Positions 37,161 through 47,038 of a stretch of 64,000 nt of DNA are shown here, one piece after another. The notes under the pieces are model-generated. The model saw nothing but the letters and a program-made list of their open reading frames with translations, did not search any database and had not been told where the DNA came from. Position numbers and translations under genes: made by a program. Numbering within the stretch: the stretch's first letter is position 1; each line of letters opens with the position of its first letter. This DNA comes from an uncultured Candidatus Micrarchaeota archaeon (lineage in GTDB: Archaea > Micrarchaeota > Micrarchaeia > Anstonellales > Bilamarchaeaceae): the NCBI GenBank assembly GCA_963714085.1, contig OY970229.1, forward strand, positions 416,001 to 480,000, written 5' to 3'.

Positions 37161-39638
37161 TCAGCTCGTCTGGCACTTGTCGCCGATGGCCGCCGATGCC
37201 TGCGGGGTCCCGTCGACCGGGTAGTTCTTGCACGCGAGCGTCTGGAGCGTCTTCCATGACGGGCAGCTGGACGCGCCTCCGCAGCCCTGCTCGAGCGCCC
37301 GGTAATAGGACAGCACGCGCGAGGCGTAGTCTCCGTAGAACGGCTCGCTGCCCTGCAGCTGGTTGTTGGTCACGCTGCCTGGGCCGCCGTCCGGGTGCTC
37401 GAACATGCACGTGCGCACGAACGCCACGAAGTCCGTCATGCCATAGCATTCGGGGTGCTGAGCATCGGCCCTCAGCGCGCATTCGGGCGAATCCTTGTTC
37501 GCGTCCTGGCTGCAGAAATCCGCGGTGGCCAAGTACCTGGAGCCGAACTGGCTTATCCAGCTCTGTATATAACCGCCATAGCCCCTGTAGAGCTGCAACG
37601 CGAGATAATAGGATAACACCCGCTGGGTGTTGGAATCAGGGTTGCCCAGGTTGTTCAGGTTGGCTGTCACCAAGGTCTTCTCGGTTTGGAAGAATGACGC
37701 GAGTTTGTAGACCCCCATGCACGCGTTGTCCGTGGCATTGAACGGGTCGAAGTTGGCCGGGCACTGGGCTTGCGCCTGGACCACCATTGCTGATCTCTGG
37801 TTGAGCTCGGCTTCCAGGTAGAGCTGGTTGTTCGGGGCGCCGGAATAATACTGGCCGGGTTGCCCATTCGGGGTGAGGCTGGATGGCCAGAACGTGTACG
37901 GCGGCTCCAGGATCTGCATGAGCCCGAGACCGCAGTAACGCGCGCCCGGCGCCTGGTTGTCCGCTTCATGGCATATGCCCTCGGGATCAAGCACGAAGTC
38001 GTACCCTTTGGGATAGCATCCTGAATCCGAGCTGGTCGGAGTGACCTGAGCAGCAGAGCAGTTATCGAAGTCGGGATTCTCGGCTACCACGACTGCGCGC
38101 ACCAGCATGGGGTCGACGCTGTACTTGTTCGCGTAGTAATCGAGCGCCGGGATGCTGGTGCAATAGGTGAGATTCTTCGTCGGGTCCGAGAGCCCGATGT
38201 TCGTTGCCGGGACGTTGGCCGGGAAAGTGTAGTTCTCGTTGACGCAGGCGTCGCAGCGGATGAGCGTGATGTTCTGGGCTGTGAGGTTCGCCGTGATCTG
38301 CTCGCCCTGGTCCGTGTACTGCGCCTGGAGCATGCCCATGGCGTTGAGGTCGAAATCGCACGTGCCCCCGGACGCGTTCGGGAACACGATCATGTTGTCC
38401 CCGGCCGGGTATTTGCCGGCCTGGATCTTGTAGTTCCTGCAGGACCCGAACCAGGCCTGCATCCGGTCGGGTTGCGTCCCGAGCGCGCAGTCGGTGCATC
38501 CGAGCGGGTTGCCCAGCCCGAAGCTGGATGAGTTGAAGTCGTACGGCGCCATGCCCACTACGCCGGTCTTCTGGAACGGGAAGAGCCAGTACTTGAAGGC
38601 GTCGGCGTAGCCCTGCGCCATGCCGGCCTCGGTCCAGTTGCAGCTCCCGTTGGCGTCCGTGCCAGAGGAGTCGAAAAGTATGTACGGGATTATGGTCGGC
38701 TTGCTGTTGTTGTAGAGCGAGAACCTGGCGAAGGAGAGCGCCTGCTGGAACGCGCCGTCCGGGTCGCATGTCGCCTCGTTGGTCCAGCTCAGGTTCGCGG
38801 TATGGCCGTTGACGCCGAAGGCTATGAGGTCGACCTTGTTCCAGCCGTCGGGCCCCAGCTGCTGCCTTATCGCGTTCACGCCGTTGTAATCGCCCATCTT
38901 CACTCCGAGCGCCACGAAGCAGTGTATCTCCTCGTCCGCGCCGCCGGTGCGCTTGTTCCCGCACGCGGAATCTATCGCGAGCACCTGGTTGGAGACGTTC
39001 ACCACGGCGTCGTGCGAGGAACTGTTGAAGTCCATCTCCGTGGTTATGATCACCGGGCCGGCGTTTTTCAGCAGGCCCGCGATCTGGGCCGTGACCGGGA
39101 CGTTTATGCTCTGGCTGTTCGAATAGAGCACGTAGACCGGCATGATATCGTACTGGAGGAAGCATTGGGCGCGGCTAGCGTCTGGCAGGGTGTAGTTCGT
39201 CTCATTGCTTCCCACCAGCCATTGGACCGCCATGTCCAGCCGGTTGCCGCACCAGCCGTTGGCGTCCGCGAAATCCGTGAAGGTGTAGCCCTGGCCGATC
39301 ATGAACTGCCTGGGGAACAGGCCCGTGCTCACCGCGCTCCCGTTTATCAGGCTGTCGAACACGTCCTGGCTGCAGTTCTGTACGAACAGGCAGCTGCCGC
39401 CTGCGAATGAGTTCCTGAATCCGAACCAGGCCGTCGTGTTCCTGCATGCCAGGCAGACGCACTGCCCGAGATTGCACTTCTCGAAGGTGCTCGGGTCGTA
39501 GAGCGCGAAGGTGCCGTTGAGCCCGGTGCGGTAGTCCTGCGCATAGCCGGTGCCGGCGCCCAGGGTCTGTATGCATCCTGGCAGTAGCATGGGGGTGAGA
39601 GTCAGCAAAAAGAGCAATGCCGCGACATGGACCCGCAT
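37161..39638 (-). CDS. Secreted Cys-rich protein with C-terminal lytic transglycosylase (SLT/GH23-like) domain
   Basis: Signal peptide ending LLPGC; YANKYSVDPMLVRAVVVAEN, GLGLMQI, DPFNATDNACMGVYKL, YASRVLSYY. Confidence 0.78.
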   Translation of the reverse strand: MRVHVAALLFLLTLTPMLLPGCIQTLGAGTGYAQDYRTGLNGTFALYDPSTFEKCNLGQCVCLACRNTTAWFGFRNSFAGGSCLFVQNCSQDVFDSLINGSAVSTGLFPRQFMIGQGYTFTDFADANGWCGNRLDMAVQWLVGSNETNYTLPDASRAQCFLQYDIMPVYVLYSNSQSINVPVTAQIAGLLKNAGPVIITTEMDFNSSSHDAVVNVSNQVLAIDSACGNKRTGGADEEIHCFVALGVKMGDYNGVNAIRQQLGPDGWNKVDLIAFGVNGHTANLSWTNEATCDPDGAFQQALSFARFSLYNNSKPTIIPYILFDSSGTDANGSCNWTEAGMAQGYADAFKYWLFPFQKTGVVGMAPYDFNSSSFGLGNPLGCTDCALGTQPDRMQAWFGSCRNYKIQAGKYPAGDNMIVFPNASGGTCDFDLNAMGMLQAQYTDQGEQITANLTAQNITLIRCDACVNENYTFPANVPATNIGLSDPTKNLTYCTSIPALDYYANKYSVDPMLVRAVVVAENPDFDNCSAAQVTPTSSDSGCYPKGYDFVLDPEGICHEADNQAPGARYCGLGLMQILEPPYTFWPSSLTPNGQPGQYYSGAPNNQLYLEAELNQRSAMVVQAQAQCPANFDPFNATDNACMGVYKLASFFQTEKTLVTANLNNLGNPDSNTQRVLSYYLALQLYRGYGGYIQSWISQFGSRYLATADFCSQDANKDSPECALRADAQHPECYGMTDFVAFVRTCMFEHPDGGPGSVTNNQLQGSEPFYGDYASRVLSYYRALEQGCGGASSCPSWKTLQTLACKNYPVDGTPQASAAIGDKCQTS

Positions 39639-39690
39639 GGAGGGATTGAGGATGGAAAAGAATTAAAAGGAGGAAGAAATGCGGCGGATT

Positions 39691-42600
39691 TCAGAGCCTC
39701 AGGCCGCACGCGCACATGGTGCCCATCTGGCCGGACCTGCCGCACCTGCAGTACCTCTGCCTCGACGCCATCTGCGGCGAGACCGCACGGTTGAGGGCGG
39801 CTCCGCCCCTCTGCACGAGCGAGTTCACGCTCTGCTCGAGGCCGCCCTTCCTGGACGGGTCGGGGTTCCTCCACCTGTTCACGAAGTTGTATATCATCTC
39901 CTTCGGGCTCAGGGTGCTCGGGTAGCCGGGCACGCCCATATGGTAGGCGAAGAGGAGCGGGTTGAAGAACGTGTAAAGCGGGTTGTTCAGCATCCCGAAG
40001 CTCGCGAGCTCCTGCTCCCTTCTCATGGCCAGCACTTCCACGGCCACGGGCCGCCTGATTATGTCGGTCATCCCCATCTTCCGGACGTAGTCGTCATGCA
40101 TGTAGAAGCCGGACATGCCCCCCATGCTCATCAGGGCGTACTCAGCCATTGCGGGCTCGAGCTGCTCTATGCCCCTGGTGTCGGTATAGCTGGCCGACGG
40201 GTTGGCAAGCCTGGTCCTCGCTATGGCAGCAGGTCCCTTGTACACGGTCTGTATGGAGGCGAAGTCCTGGTATAGGCCTTTCGAGTGGTCATAGCCCGCG
40301 AGTTGGGCCTTCTCCGCCCTGCTCTCGTACACGTTCGCCTTCTGGAGCGCCCTGGAGAACATGCCGTTGCTCTGGGAGACGGATAGAGGATTGTAGCCCC
40401 TCATCGCCTCCAGCAGCCTGGGGGACGTGTGGTTTCCATACGGCCTCAGGGCGTCCTGGACGTCCCAGTCCCATGAGGATGCGTATCCCTGGATGGACCT
40501 CTGCGGCCCGGCTATCGCCTTCTGGTATGGCATTATCGCATGCCTGCCGAGCGCCGCGGCCCAGCCTCCCTGCGCCATGAAGGCGAAGTACTCGCCCTTG
40601 GACATGTAGGCGCTGAGGGTCGACTGCAGAGAGAACGTCATGTTCGGCCCGTATTGGAACGCCGAGGCCCATGCCTGCTGCGCGCCATGGGAAGTCGAAT
40701 TCCTCCACGGGCTGCGGTCTATGGTGACTGCCCAGACCTGGTGGAAGGCCCCGTGGGCCAGCGCCATGGAGCGGTAGGCGGCCGAAAGATGCCTCCTGTC
40801 CGCCTCCGAGGTGACGCCCTGGAGCAGCTCGTCCATGTCGCTAGTCAGTATGTCCGTGGAGAGCCTCCAGGAGTACATCTTCAGCAGCTGGGTCTTCGGC
40901 GTGATGTCGTAGGACCTTGTGTAGAGGTTTCCGGTGCCGCTTATGGCGGTATTTACCAGGAAGTCACCCACGAGCTGCCCGAAGTCATGGAACGGCTTGA
41001 GCGTCTTGGCCAGCTTCGGTACGTCCGATCCGAAGGCCCTCAGCGCGTCGGGCGTCAGCGGCGTGGTCTGATTCCTGGGCACGAGCTTCACCGCGCTCTT
41101 GTTCCAGTAGGTCTGGTAGTCGTAGGTGGCATTGGAGTATTTCCAGAGCACCGCGGCCAGGACCTTCTCGGCCTCGTAGTTGCCGCCCTTGCCGTTGGGC
41201 CTGGTCTGTTCAATCAGGTTGTTGATGAAAGGCTCCCAGACAGTCTTATCCGAGCTGTTCATGACCCTCTTCCATTCCAGGTCCATTTCGCCCTTGAATC
41301 TCACTGGCACGTCCTCCGGGCTGAAGCGCCTCCAGCCCTTGCCGTCGTGGATTGACACTACCCCGCCCAGCACCCTGTCGTTGTCGCTCACAGGCATGTT
41401 CTCCCGGTACGGTATGTAGGTGCCCTCGTGGGTCATCACCCACACGCCCTTCGAGAGATCGTCCACGCTGACGCCCCTCTTGAGGACTTCCTCGTACTGC
41501 TTCTTGTATAGCGTGCCTATCATGTACCTGAAGCGCTCCATGTCCTTCGGACTGGTGACGTCCATGCTGTTGAGGAACCGGAGGTCTGTGTGATTCTCCT
41601 CATAGCCCATTTCGCGCAGCGCCTTGGTCAGCATCGCCGCAGAAGCGCTCGTCAGGTAGCGGGCTGATTCGTTGGTCGTGTTCCCGTATGAGTTCTGGGC
41701 GTACCTGTCGCTGAACGTGTTGTGGAGGGTCTTCTCGAACAGGTCCCTGGCCCAGGCTTTCTTGGTCTCGAACTCCAGCTTCTCCGGGCTCCAGGTCCTG
41801 GCTCCGGCGCGGTCGAGCTCCGCCTGCAAGGAATTGTTGGTCGGGCGTACGAAGCTCCTATCGAACTTGCCCTGGGTCGCGGTGCCGGTTGTGAGCTGAA
41901 GTTCGCGTGTATCTATGCCATTGAGCCACTGCTGCTCCATTCTGGTCTTGAACCAGCCTTTCTGGGGGCCTATGGCGCTTTCGTCCTCATACCAAACCGC
42001 CTTGCCTGTCGTGGGGTCCCTGAGAACGCCTCCGCCTTCATTTATGAGGCCTCTCTTTTTTATCATGTACTCGGCGCCTGAGAGCACGTGCATGAAGTCG
42101 TCCATCGTGGCAGTGTCCTTGTTCCTTTTGCCGTCCGTGAGGTACTTGAGCGCCTCCTCTCCCTTGTCCGTTATGAGGCTGGCGAGCAGTTTCCTGTTCT
42201 CCTCGGTCTTCTTCTGCCTCATCCCTGTGTCCCGCATGAACTCCGGAAGCAGGTCAGCCCCTATGGCTGCGGGGTTGAGCGTCATCCACTTGTTCTCGAG
42301 TTCCACCCGCAGGGCGTTCATGAAGTCCTTCAGCGTGACGTCCTTGGTGGCGTGGCCGTTCGATATGTCGTCGATCTGCTTGCGGAAGAGCGCGACCTCC
42401 CACGGGTCAGAGCCGTGCAGGTAGCCGAGCCTGCCGACCAGGCAGTGGTACTCGTCGCCCAGCATCGCCTCTCCGACCCCGGCGCCCCTGCGCGCGCTGT
42501 TCTCGCGGTCGAAGAGCTCGTTTATCATGATCATCTTGACATGACCTTCTGCCGAGTCGTTCCTGATCTTGTCGACCTCGGATCTCATGTGCAGGTAGGA

Positions 42601-44511
42601 TGCGTCGAGGCGGCCTCCCAGGGACTGGAGCAGGTTCTCGAGCTTGTCGCGCTTTTCGAACGGGGATAAGGAGGCGGACGAGAGTATTGCGTATATCTCG
42701 GATTCCGTAGCCGCCATCCTGCCAGAGCGCGAGTAGCCGGTTATCCTCACCGGGTCCACCACGCTGCTGGCCATGGCGAAGATTTCGTTGTCCGTCACCG
42801 CGGCGGCGTTGGTGCCAAGCTGCTTGTATATCCTTTTCAGCAGGTGGCGGTTCTGGTCCTGGCCCAGTTCCGTGAGGTGGACCTCGGCCTGGTGGCTCAT
42901 CCTCATGTTCACGGGCATGATCTCGCCGAGGTGGATCTTGCCGGGCTGCTTGGTGAGCTGGTTGTAGAGCGCAGCATAGGCCCCGGAGGACTTGGATCTC
43001 TCCTTGAGCGCGTCCATCGCGCCCTTGCCGCCCACGGTCGTCACCGCGAACTTGCCGGTCGCGCGGGCGAGATCCATGCCTTGCACAACACCTGCCTGCG
43101 TGCCTCTTGCGAGCATCTTGAGGGAACGCATCCCGGCGTCGTAGCTGCCCGTGACTATCGGGCCTGCGACTGCGAACTTGTCGACGCCGACGGCTCTCAA
43201 TGCGGTCTGTATCTTCTTGCCGGTCCTGGTGGACGCCTTGTTATTGAGTTCGGCAAGGCTCTGCAGGACGTCGTAGTTCTGCCTGAGTTCGACTCCGGTC
43301 CTTCCGAGCAACCGGACGTTGGGGTCCTTCGACATCTCGAGCTTCTTGAGCACCTGCCTGAGCGAGGCGTTGTCCTCTTTGCTGTACAGCTCGAACGGCT
43401 TTGCCAGCGCCCTTAGCGCTTTGGGATCGCCGCCGCCCTGCACGTATGCCAGCCCGACAGACTTGAATACTGCTGCCTCTTGGGCGCTCATTCTGCCTGC
43501 GAGTTTGCCCACTTCGGCCTTGCCTGCGGCCAGATTGGTCGCGGCCTTGCCTGCGGCCATGTCTTCCAATTGTTTGATTGTCGCCTGGTTGGCCTTGCCC
43601 TTGTTGATGTTCCATAGCGTATCGGCGACTTTCGCAGCAGCCGCGGCCTTGGCCTTGACTGTCCTATTCATCTCGCCGTAGCCGAACGGTGCGATTATCT
43701 GGCCGCCGGCCGCGAGCCCCTTCGGGGACGGAAGCTTCGGCGTGGTTATATCGAGCATGGTTATCGGCGATCTGCCGGAGAAGTACATGGACGCGAGCAG
43801 AAGGCCGAGTATTATGAATACCCCGAGGCAGGGTACGGTCTGCCCCTGCCCGGTGAGCGAGAGATTGGTCGCCACCGGCGCGAGCGCCATCGAGAGCGCT
43901 GATGTGAAGTTCGACGCGGCGGATGCGTTCGCAGAGCTCAGGGTCACGGACTGCACGGGCGCGACCAGCTGGTCTCCGGTAGCGGAGAGCACCCTTATCT
44001 GTATCGTGGTGCCGGCGTACAGCCCCTTGTCCACGGTGCAGGTGCCTGTCCAGAGCGGTATCTGGCCGCCCGTTATATTAACTATAGTGCCTGGCTGGTT
44101 CGCGGTGACCCTGCCGCAGCCGGTGATTGTGGACCATCCGGCGCCACCCTGCCTGTACGGGTTCCAGTACATGAAAGTGAAGTTCGCGTCCTCCAGGGAC
44201 GAGAAGGTGACTGGATATACCGCGTTGGACGAGAGTATCGTGCTCTTGGCCTGGATGCATTGGTTGATGTCCGGGCTTCCCTGGCACCCGGTGACTATGT
44301 CGTTGTACTGGGCCTGGACCGCGGATACCGCCGAGGAAGGCTGGTTCGCGGTGAAAACGAGCATTGACACGTTGATGACGTTGTCGGCGCTCCTCACCCA
44401 CAGCTGGCTTGTGACCTGCTGTGTGGTGGGCGTTTGGGCGATCGTTTGCGCTGACACGACGCTAAGTGACAGCAGCAGGAGCATCCCGAGCATCACGATA
44501 TTGAGTTTCAT
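39691..44511 (-). CDS. Giant (1606 aa) single-pass membrane protein of unknown function
   Basis: Signal peptide, about 200-aa external domain, TM LGVFIILGLLLASMYF, large basic internal region, C-terminal CRCG..CACG. Confidence 0.85.
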   Translation of the reverse strand: MKLNIVMLGMLLLLSLSVVSAQTIAQTPTTQQVTSQLWVRSADNVINVSMLVFTANQPSSAVSAVQAQYNDIVTGCQGSPDINQCIQAKSTILSSNAVYPVTFSSLEDANFTFMYWNPYRQGGAGWSTITGCGRVTANQPGTIVNITGGQIPLWTGTCTVDKGLYAGTTIQIRVLSATGDQLVAPVQSVTLSSANASAASNFTSALSMALAPVATNLSLTGQGQTVPCLGVFIILGLLLASMYFSGRSPITMLDITTPKLPSPKGLAAGGQIIAPFGYGEMNRTVKAKAAAAAKVADTLWNINKGKANQATIKQLEDMAAGKAATNLAAGKAEVGKLAGRMSAQEAAVFKSVGLAYVQGGGDPKALRALAKPFELYSKEDNASLRQVLKKLEMSKDPNVRLLGRTGVELRQNYDVLQSLAELNNKASTRTGKKIQTALRAVGVDKFAVAGPIVTGSYDAGMRSLKMLARGTQAGVVQGMDLARATGKFAVTTVGGKGAMDALKERSKSSGAYAALYNQLTKQPGKIHLGEIMPVNMRMSHQAEVHLTELGQDQNRHLLKRIYKQLGTNAAAVTDNEIFAMASSVVDPVRITGYSRSGRMAATESEIYAILSSASLSPFEKRDKLENLLQSLGGRLDASYLHMRSEVDKIRNDSAEGHVKMIMINELFDRENSARRGAGVGEAMLGDEYHCLVGRLGYLHGSDPWEVALFRKQIDDISNGHATKDVTLKDFMNALRVELENKWMTLNPAAIGADLLPEFMRDTGMRQKKTEENRKLLASLITDKGEEALKYLTDGKRNKDTATMDDFMHVLSGAEYMIKKRGLINEGGGVLRDPTTGKAVWYEDESAIGPQKGWFKTRMEQQWLNGIDTRELQLTTGTATQGKFDRSFVRPTNNSLQAELDRAGARTWSPEKLEFETKKAWARDLFEKTLHNTFSDRYAQNSYGNTTNESARYLTSASAAMLTKALREMGYEENHTDLRFLNSMDVTSPKDMERFRYMIGTLYKKQYEEVLKRGVSVDDLSKGVWVMTHEGTYIPYRENMPVSDNDRVLGGVVSIHDGKGWRRFSPEDVPVRFKGEMDLEWKRVMNSSDKTVWEPFINNLIEQTRPNGKGGNYEAEKVLAAVLWKYSNATYDYQTYWNKSAVKLVPRNQTTPLTPDALRAFGSDVPKLAKTLKPFHDFGQLVGDFLVNTAISGTGNLYTRSYDITPKTQLLKMYSWRLSTDILTSDMDELLQGVTSEADRRHLSAAYRSMALAHGAFHQVWAVTIDRSPWRNSTSHGAQQAWASAFQYGPNMTFSLQSTLSAYMSKGEYFAFMAQGGWAAALGRHAIMPYQKAIAGPQRSIQGYASSWDWDVQDALRPYGNHTSPRLLEAMRGYNPLSVSQSNGMFSRALQKANVYESRAEKAQLAGYDHSKGLYQDFASIQTVYKGPAAIARTRLANPSASYTDTRGIEQLEPAMAEYALMSMGGMSGFYMHDDYVRKMGMTDIIRRPVAVEVLAMRREQELASFGMLNNPLYTFFNPLLFAYHMGVPGYPSTLSPKEMIYNFVNRWRNPDPSRKGGLEQSVNSLVQRGGAALNRAVSPQMASRQRYCRCGRSGQMGTMCACGLRL

Positions 44512-44626
44512 AGACTAGAACGCGTTTTGCCGCTATTTAAATACCTACGGTTGCGATAGGATTAAATACTACAAAAACTACAATAATTGTAGTATGTAGT
44601 TATAAAAACTGCATACGGGTGATTGC

Positions 44627-45673
44627 ATGAAGGGCGCGAACCCTTTTACACCGTGGGGCGCAGGGCCCCAGGATTTCATAGACAGGAAACCTGAGATGGA
44701 AATGTACGGAAGTTTTCTTAAGGCGATCGGAGGCGGCATGAGCGAGGTGCTGCTGGTGGCCGGAGCGCCGGGGAGCGGAAGGAGCGCGCTCCTGCGCAGG
44801 CTGCAGCAGGAATCCACGAAGGCCGGCGTGTTCGCTCCGCTGGTCTCAGCCGGCGACGGCGAGAGGTTCCCGTCCTTCCTCTCCAAGCTCTCCTCCGAGC
44901 TGCTCGCCTACGCCCAGGAGAAGGAGGGCGAGGGCGCGCTTTCGGACAGGATGCTTTCCGGGCTGAAATCGGCTGCCGGCGGGGAGGACATGCTGCTCTC
45001 GTTCGCCCGCATGGCGCTCAAGCACGCGGGAGGCATGGTCCTCCTGGTTGACGACGCGGACAGGCTCGGGAGGCCGGACGAACTCATCCAGTTCGTGACC
45101 AGGATGATGAAGGTCGCCATCGCCGAGCGGCTCAGGTTCGGCTTCCTGCTCTCGTTCAGCGAGGGCTTCAGGAGATTCTCTGCCATGGGCAGGGAGATGC
45201 GGCTCGGCCCGTTCGAGGAGCACGACCTCAGGGAGATGGTGGATGGCGCGCTGAAGAAAGGCCCGAAGATGGGGGAGGAGTGCTTCAGGACGCTGAACAG
45301 CGAATCCGAGGGCAACCCGCTTGTCGCAAAGACGATATGCTGGGTGATATACGATAGGCTGCCGGACAACGAGAGGATAATAACGCAGAGGCACTACCTG
45401 ACGTACTATCCGGCGGTGATGAGCACGCTGTCCAGGGAGTTCTTCGACAGGCTTTACCTCGAGCTGCCCGGTTCCGAGAGGGAGGTCCTGCGCGCCTTCG
45501 CCTCCGCCGGAAAGCCTGCTTACATCTCCGACATCGCGAGGGCGCTCGGCAAGCGCCACGCGACCACGCTCGCGCTGCGGCTGGTGGAGCGCGGGCAGCT
45601 GGTGAGGGTGGATAGGGGCTTGTACAAAGTGTTCACTAAGTTATATGGAAGATATGTACTCCAGAGGGGATGA
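44627..45673 (+). CDS. AAA+/STAND-like ATPase with C-terminal wHTH (degenerate Walker A)
   Basis: NPF, FIDRKPE, GAPGSGRS, LLVDDAD, SEGNP, RLVERGQL. Confidence 0.85.
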   Translation: MKGANPFTPWGAGPQDFIDRKPEMEMYGSFLKAIGGGMSEVLLVAGAPGSGRSALLRRLQQESTKAGVFAPLVSAGDGERFPSFLSKLSSELLAYAQEKEGEGALSDRMLSGLKSAAGGEDMLLSFARMALKHAGGMVLLVDDADRLGRPDELIQFVTRMMKVAIAERLRFGFLLSFSEGFRRFSAMGREMRLGPFEEHDLREMVDGALKKGPKMGEECFRTLNSESEGNPLVAKTICWVIYDRLPDNERIITQRHYLTYYPAVMSTLSREFFDRLYLELPGSEREVLRAFASAGKPAYISDIARALGKRHATTLALRLVERGQLVRVDRGLYKVFTKLYGRYVLQRG

Positions 45674-45677
45674 GCCG

Positions 45678-46781
45678 TTAGAACACGACGGTGTCCCCGC
45701 CCCGGGATTTCGCGGTCTCCAACAGGCGTACGCATGCGTCGAGCATCCCGTGCCAGAGGCTTCCGCCCTTGTCCGTGGGGTTCGAGCTATGTGCGACCGC
45801 GAAGCTGCAGGTCACCATCACTCCGCCGGAGTGAGGAAGCTGGAGCTCGACCGGTAGTTTTGCGATCTCCTGCCTCAGCAGGTCCGCCATCTCAGCGGCC
45901 TCCTTGAGGGTCTTCGGAAGGATGAGCACGAATTCGTCGTGCTTCAGCCCGGGGTTCGAGACGGCTTCGGCGTCTTTCCTCACACCGTCCAGGAATTTGT
46001 TCTTGCCTGGCCTGAATATCACGCTGCCTTTGTAGCCGCAGGCTGCGAGCAGGTTGCGGAGCCTGTCCGCGACAGCGGCGAGCACCATGTCACCGGCCGC
46101 GGAGCTATGGTTCTGATTTATGGTCTTGAGTCGGTCGATGTCGGCGACCAAGAGACAGAATTCCCTCCCGTCCTTACGAAGATCGTTCTCCGCAGCTGCT
46201 GCGGCGGCTTCGAGCATATCTTTGTTCGGGAGCAGCGTGAGGCGGCCGATGCGCGATCCTAGGACGGTGCCGAAGAGGACGCTCAGCTGGTGGAAGATCG
46301 CCTGTTCCTCGATGTCCGCTGCTTCCGATGGGCTTGCTAGACCGCCGCGGAGCATCGGATGAGCCTCGGAGAATAGCGTCATATTGCTGACCAGCCCCGG
46401 CTTGGGGCGTATGAGCAGGGAGGTCTCGAGCGTGTGTTTCAGGCGCGCGTCATCCTCGTCTTCCGGAACCTGGTGTATGCCGCTTATCGTCCCATCCTGC
46501 ACGAAACCGTGCACGCGCCGCGAATACCCAGCCCTCGACGACTCATTCAGCAGCTCGACCGCCTTCACTTCCCGGAATATGGCAGGGACCAGCTCCATGA
46601 GCTCGAGGATGCTCGAGCTTCGGGCGCGTTCTGCGATCATGCGCTTCGCGTTTGCATAGCCCATGGAAGGGGATGCGGGCTCCACGAGCGGCAGGTCCCC
46701 GCTCCGGAACATGTTCCTGCGCCTGGTCCGGATGCTTTGCGTTTGAGCTCGGATAAGGTCGGGCGGTTTTGTTTCGGCCAT
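45678..46781 (-). CDS. Protein with degenerate GGDEF (diguanylate cyclase-like) domain
   Basis: LTLLPNK, LLVADIDRLKTINQNHSSAAGDMVL, DEFVLILP, VTCSFAVA, AKSRGGD; ATG at 46781 avoids overlap with the tRNA. Confidence 0.8.
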   Translation of the reverse strand: MAETKPPDLIRAQTQSIRTRRRNMFRSGDLPLVEPASPSMGYANAKRMIAERARSSSILELMELVPAIFREVKAVELLNESSRAGYSRRVHGFVQDGTISGIHQVPEDEDDARLKHTLETSLLIRPKPGLVSNMTLFSEAHPMLRGGLASPSEAADIEEQAIFHQLSVLFGTVLGSRIGRLTLLPNKDMLEAAAAAAENDLRKDGREFCLLVADIDRLKTINQNHSSAAGDMVLAAVADRLRNLLAACGYKGSVIFRPGKNKFLDGVRKDAEAVSNPGLKHDEFVLILPKTLKEAAEMADLLRQEIAKLPVELQLPHSGGVMVTCSFAVAHSSNPTDKGGSLWHGMLDACVRLLETAKSRGGDTVVF

Positions 46782-46889
46782 GGGATCGTGCTCTGGTTTC
46801 AGGTCTATGGTTGAGGCTGGGCGGAATTTTGTTATGTAGTAGTATATGGATAAGAAGAGTTTAAAAAGACAGGACTCCGGGGTGGGATT

Positions 46890-46975
46890 CGCCGAGGGGG
46901 TGATTTGAACACCCAAGCCTCGTGAGAGGCACAAGGTTAGCAACCTTGCGCACTACCGGGTTATGCGACCTCGGC
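46890..46975 (-). tRNA. tRNA-Ser (GCT)
   Basis: Acceptor GCCGAGG/CCTCGGC, anticodon arm CAAGG-TTGCTAA-CCTTG, long variable arm, T arm GGGTG-TTCAAAT-CACCC; CCA not encoded. Confidence 0.96.
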
Positions 46976-47038
46976 GTCAGATGAAAGCGAACCGGTTTAG
47001 TATCAGAAAATCATTTAAAGGCGAACCCGGCCGGGAGT

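Noticed and set aside
46782..46943. N-terminal extension of the GGDEF ORF
   Set aside because: Overlaps tRNA-Ser and an AT-rich promoter-like region; ATG 46781 is more plausible.
45678..46975. Integrated element at tRNA-Ser
   Set aside because: No integrase and no second copy of the tRNA 3' end noticed in the window.
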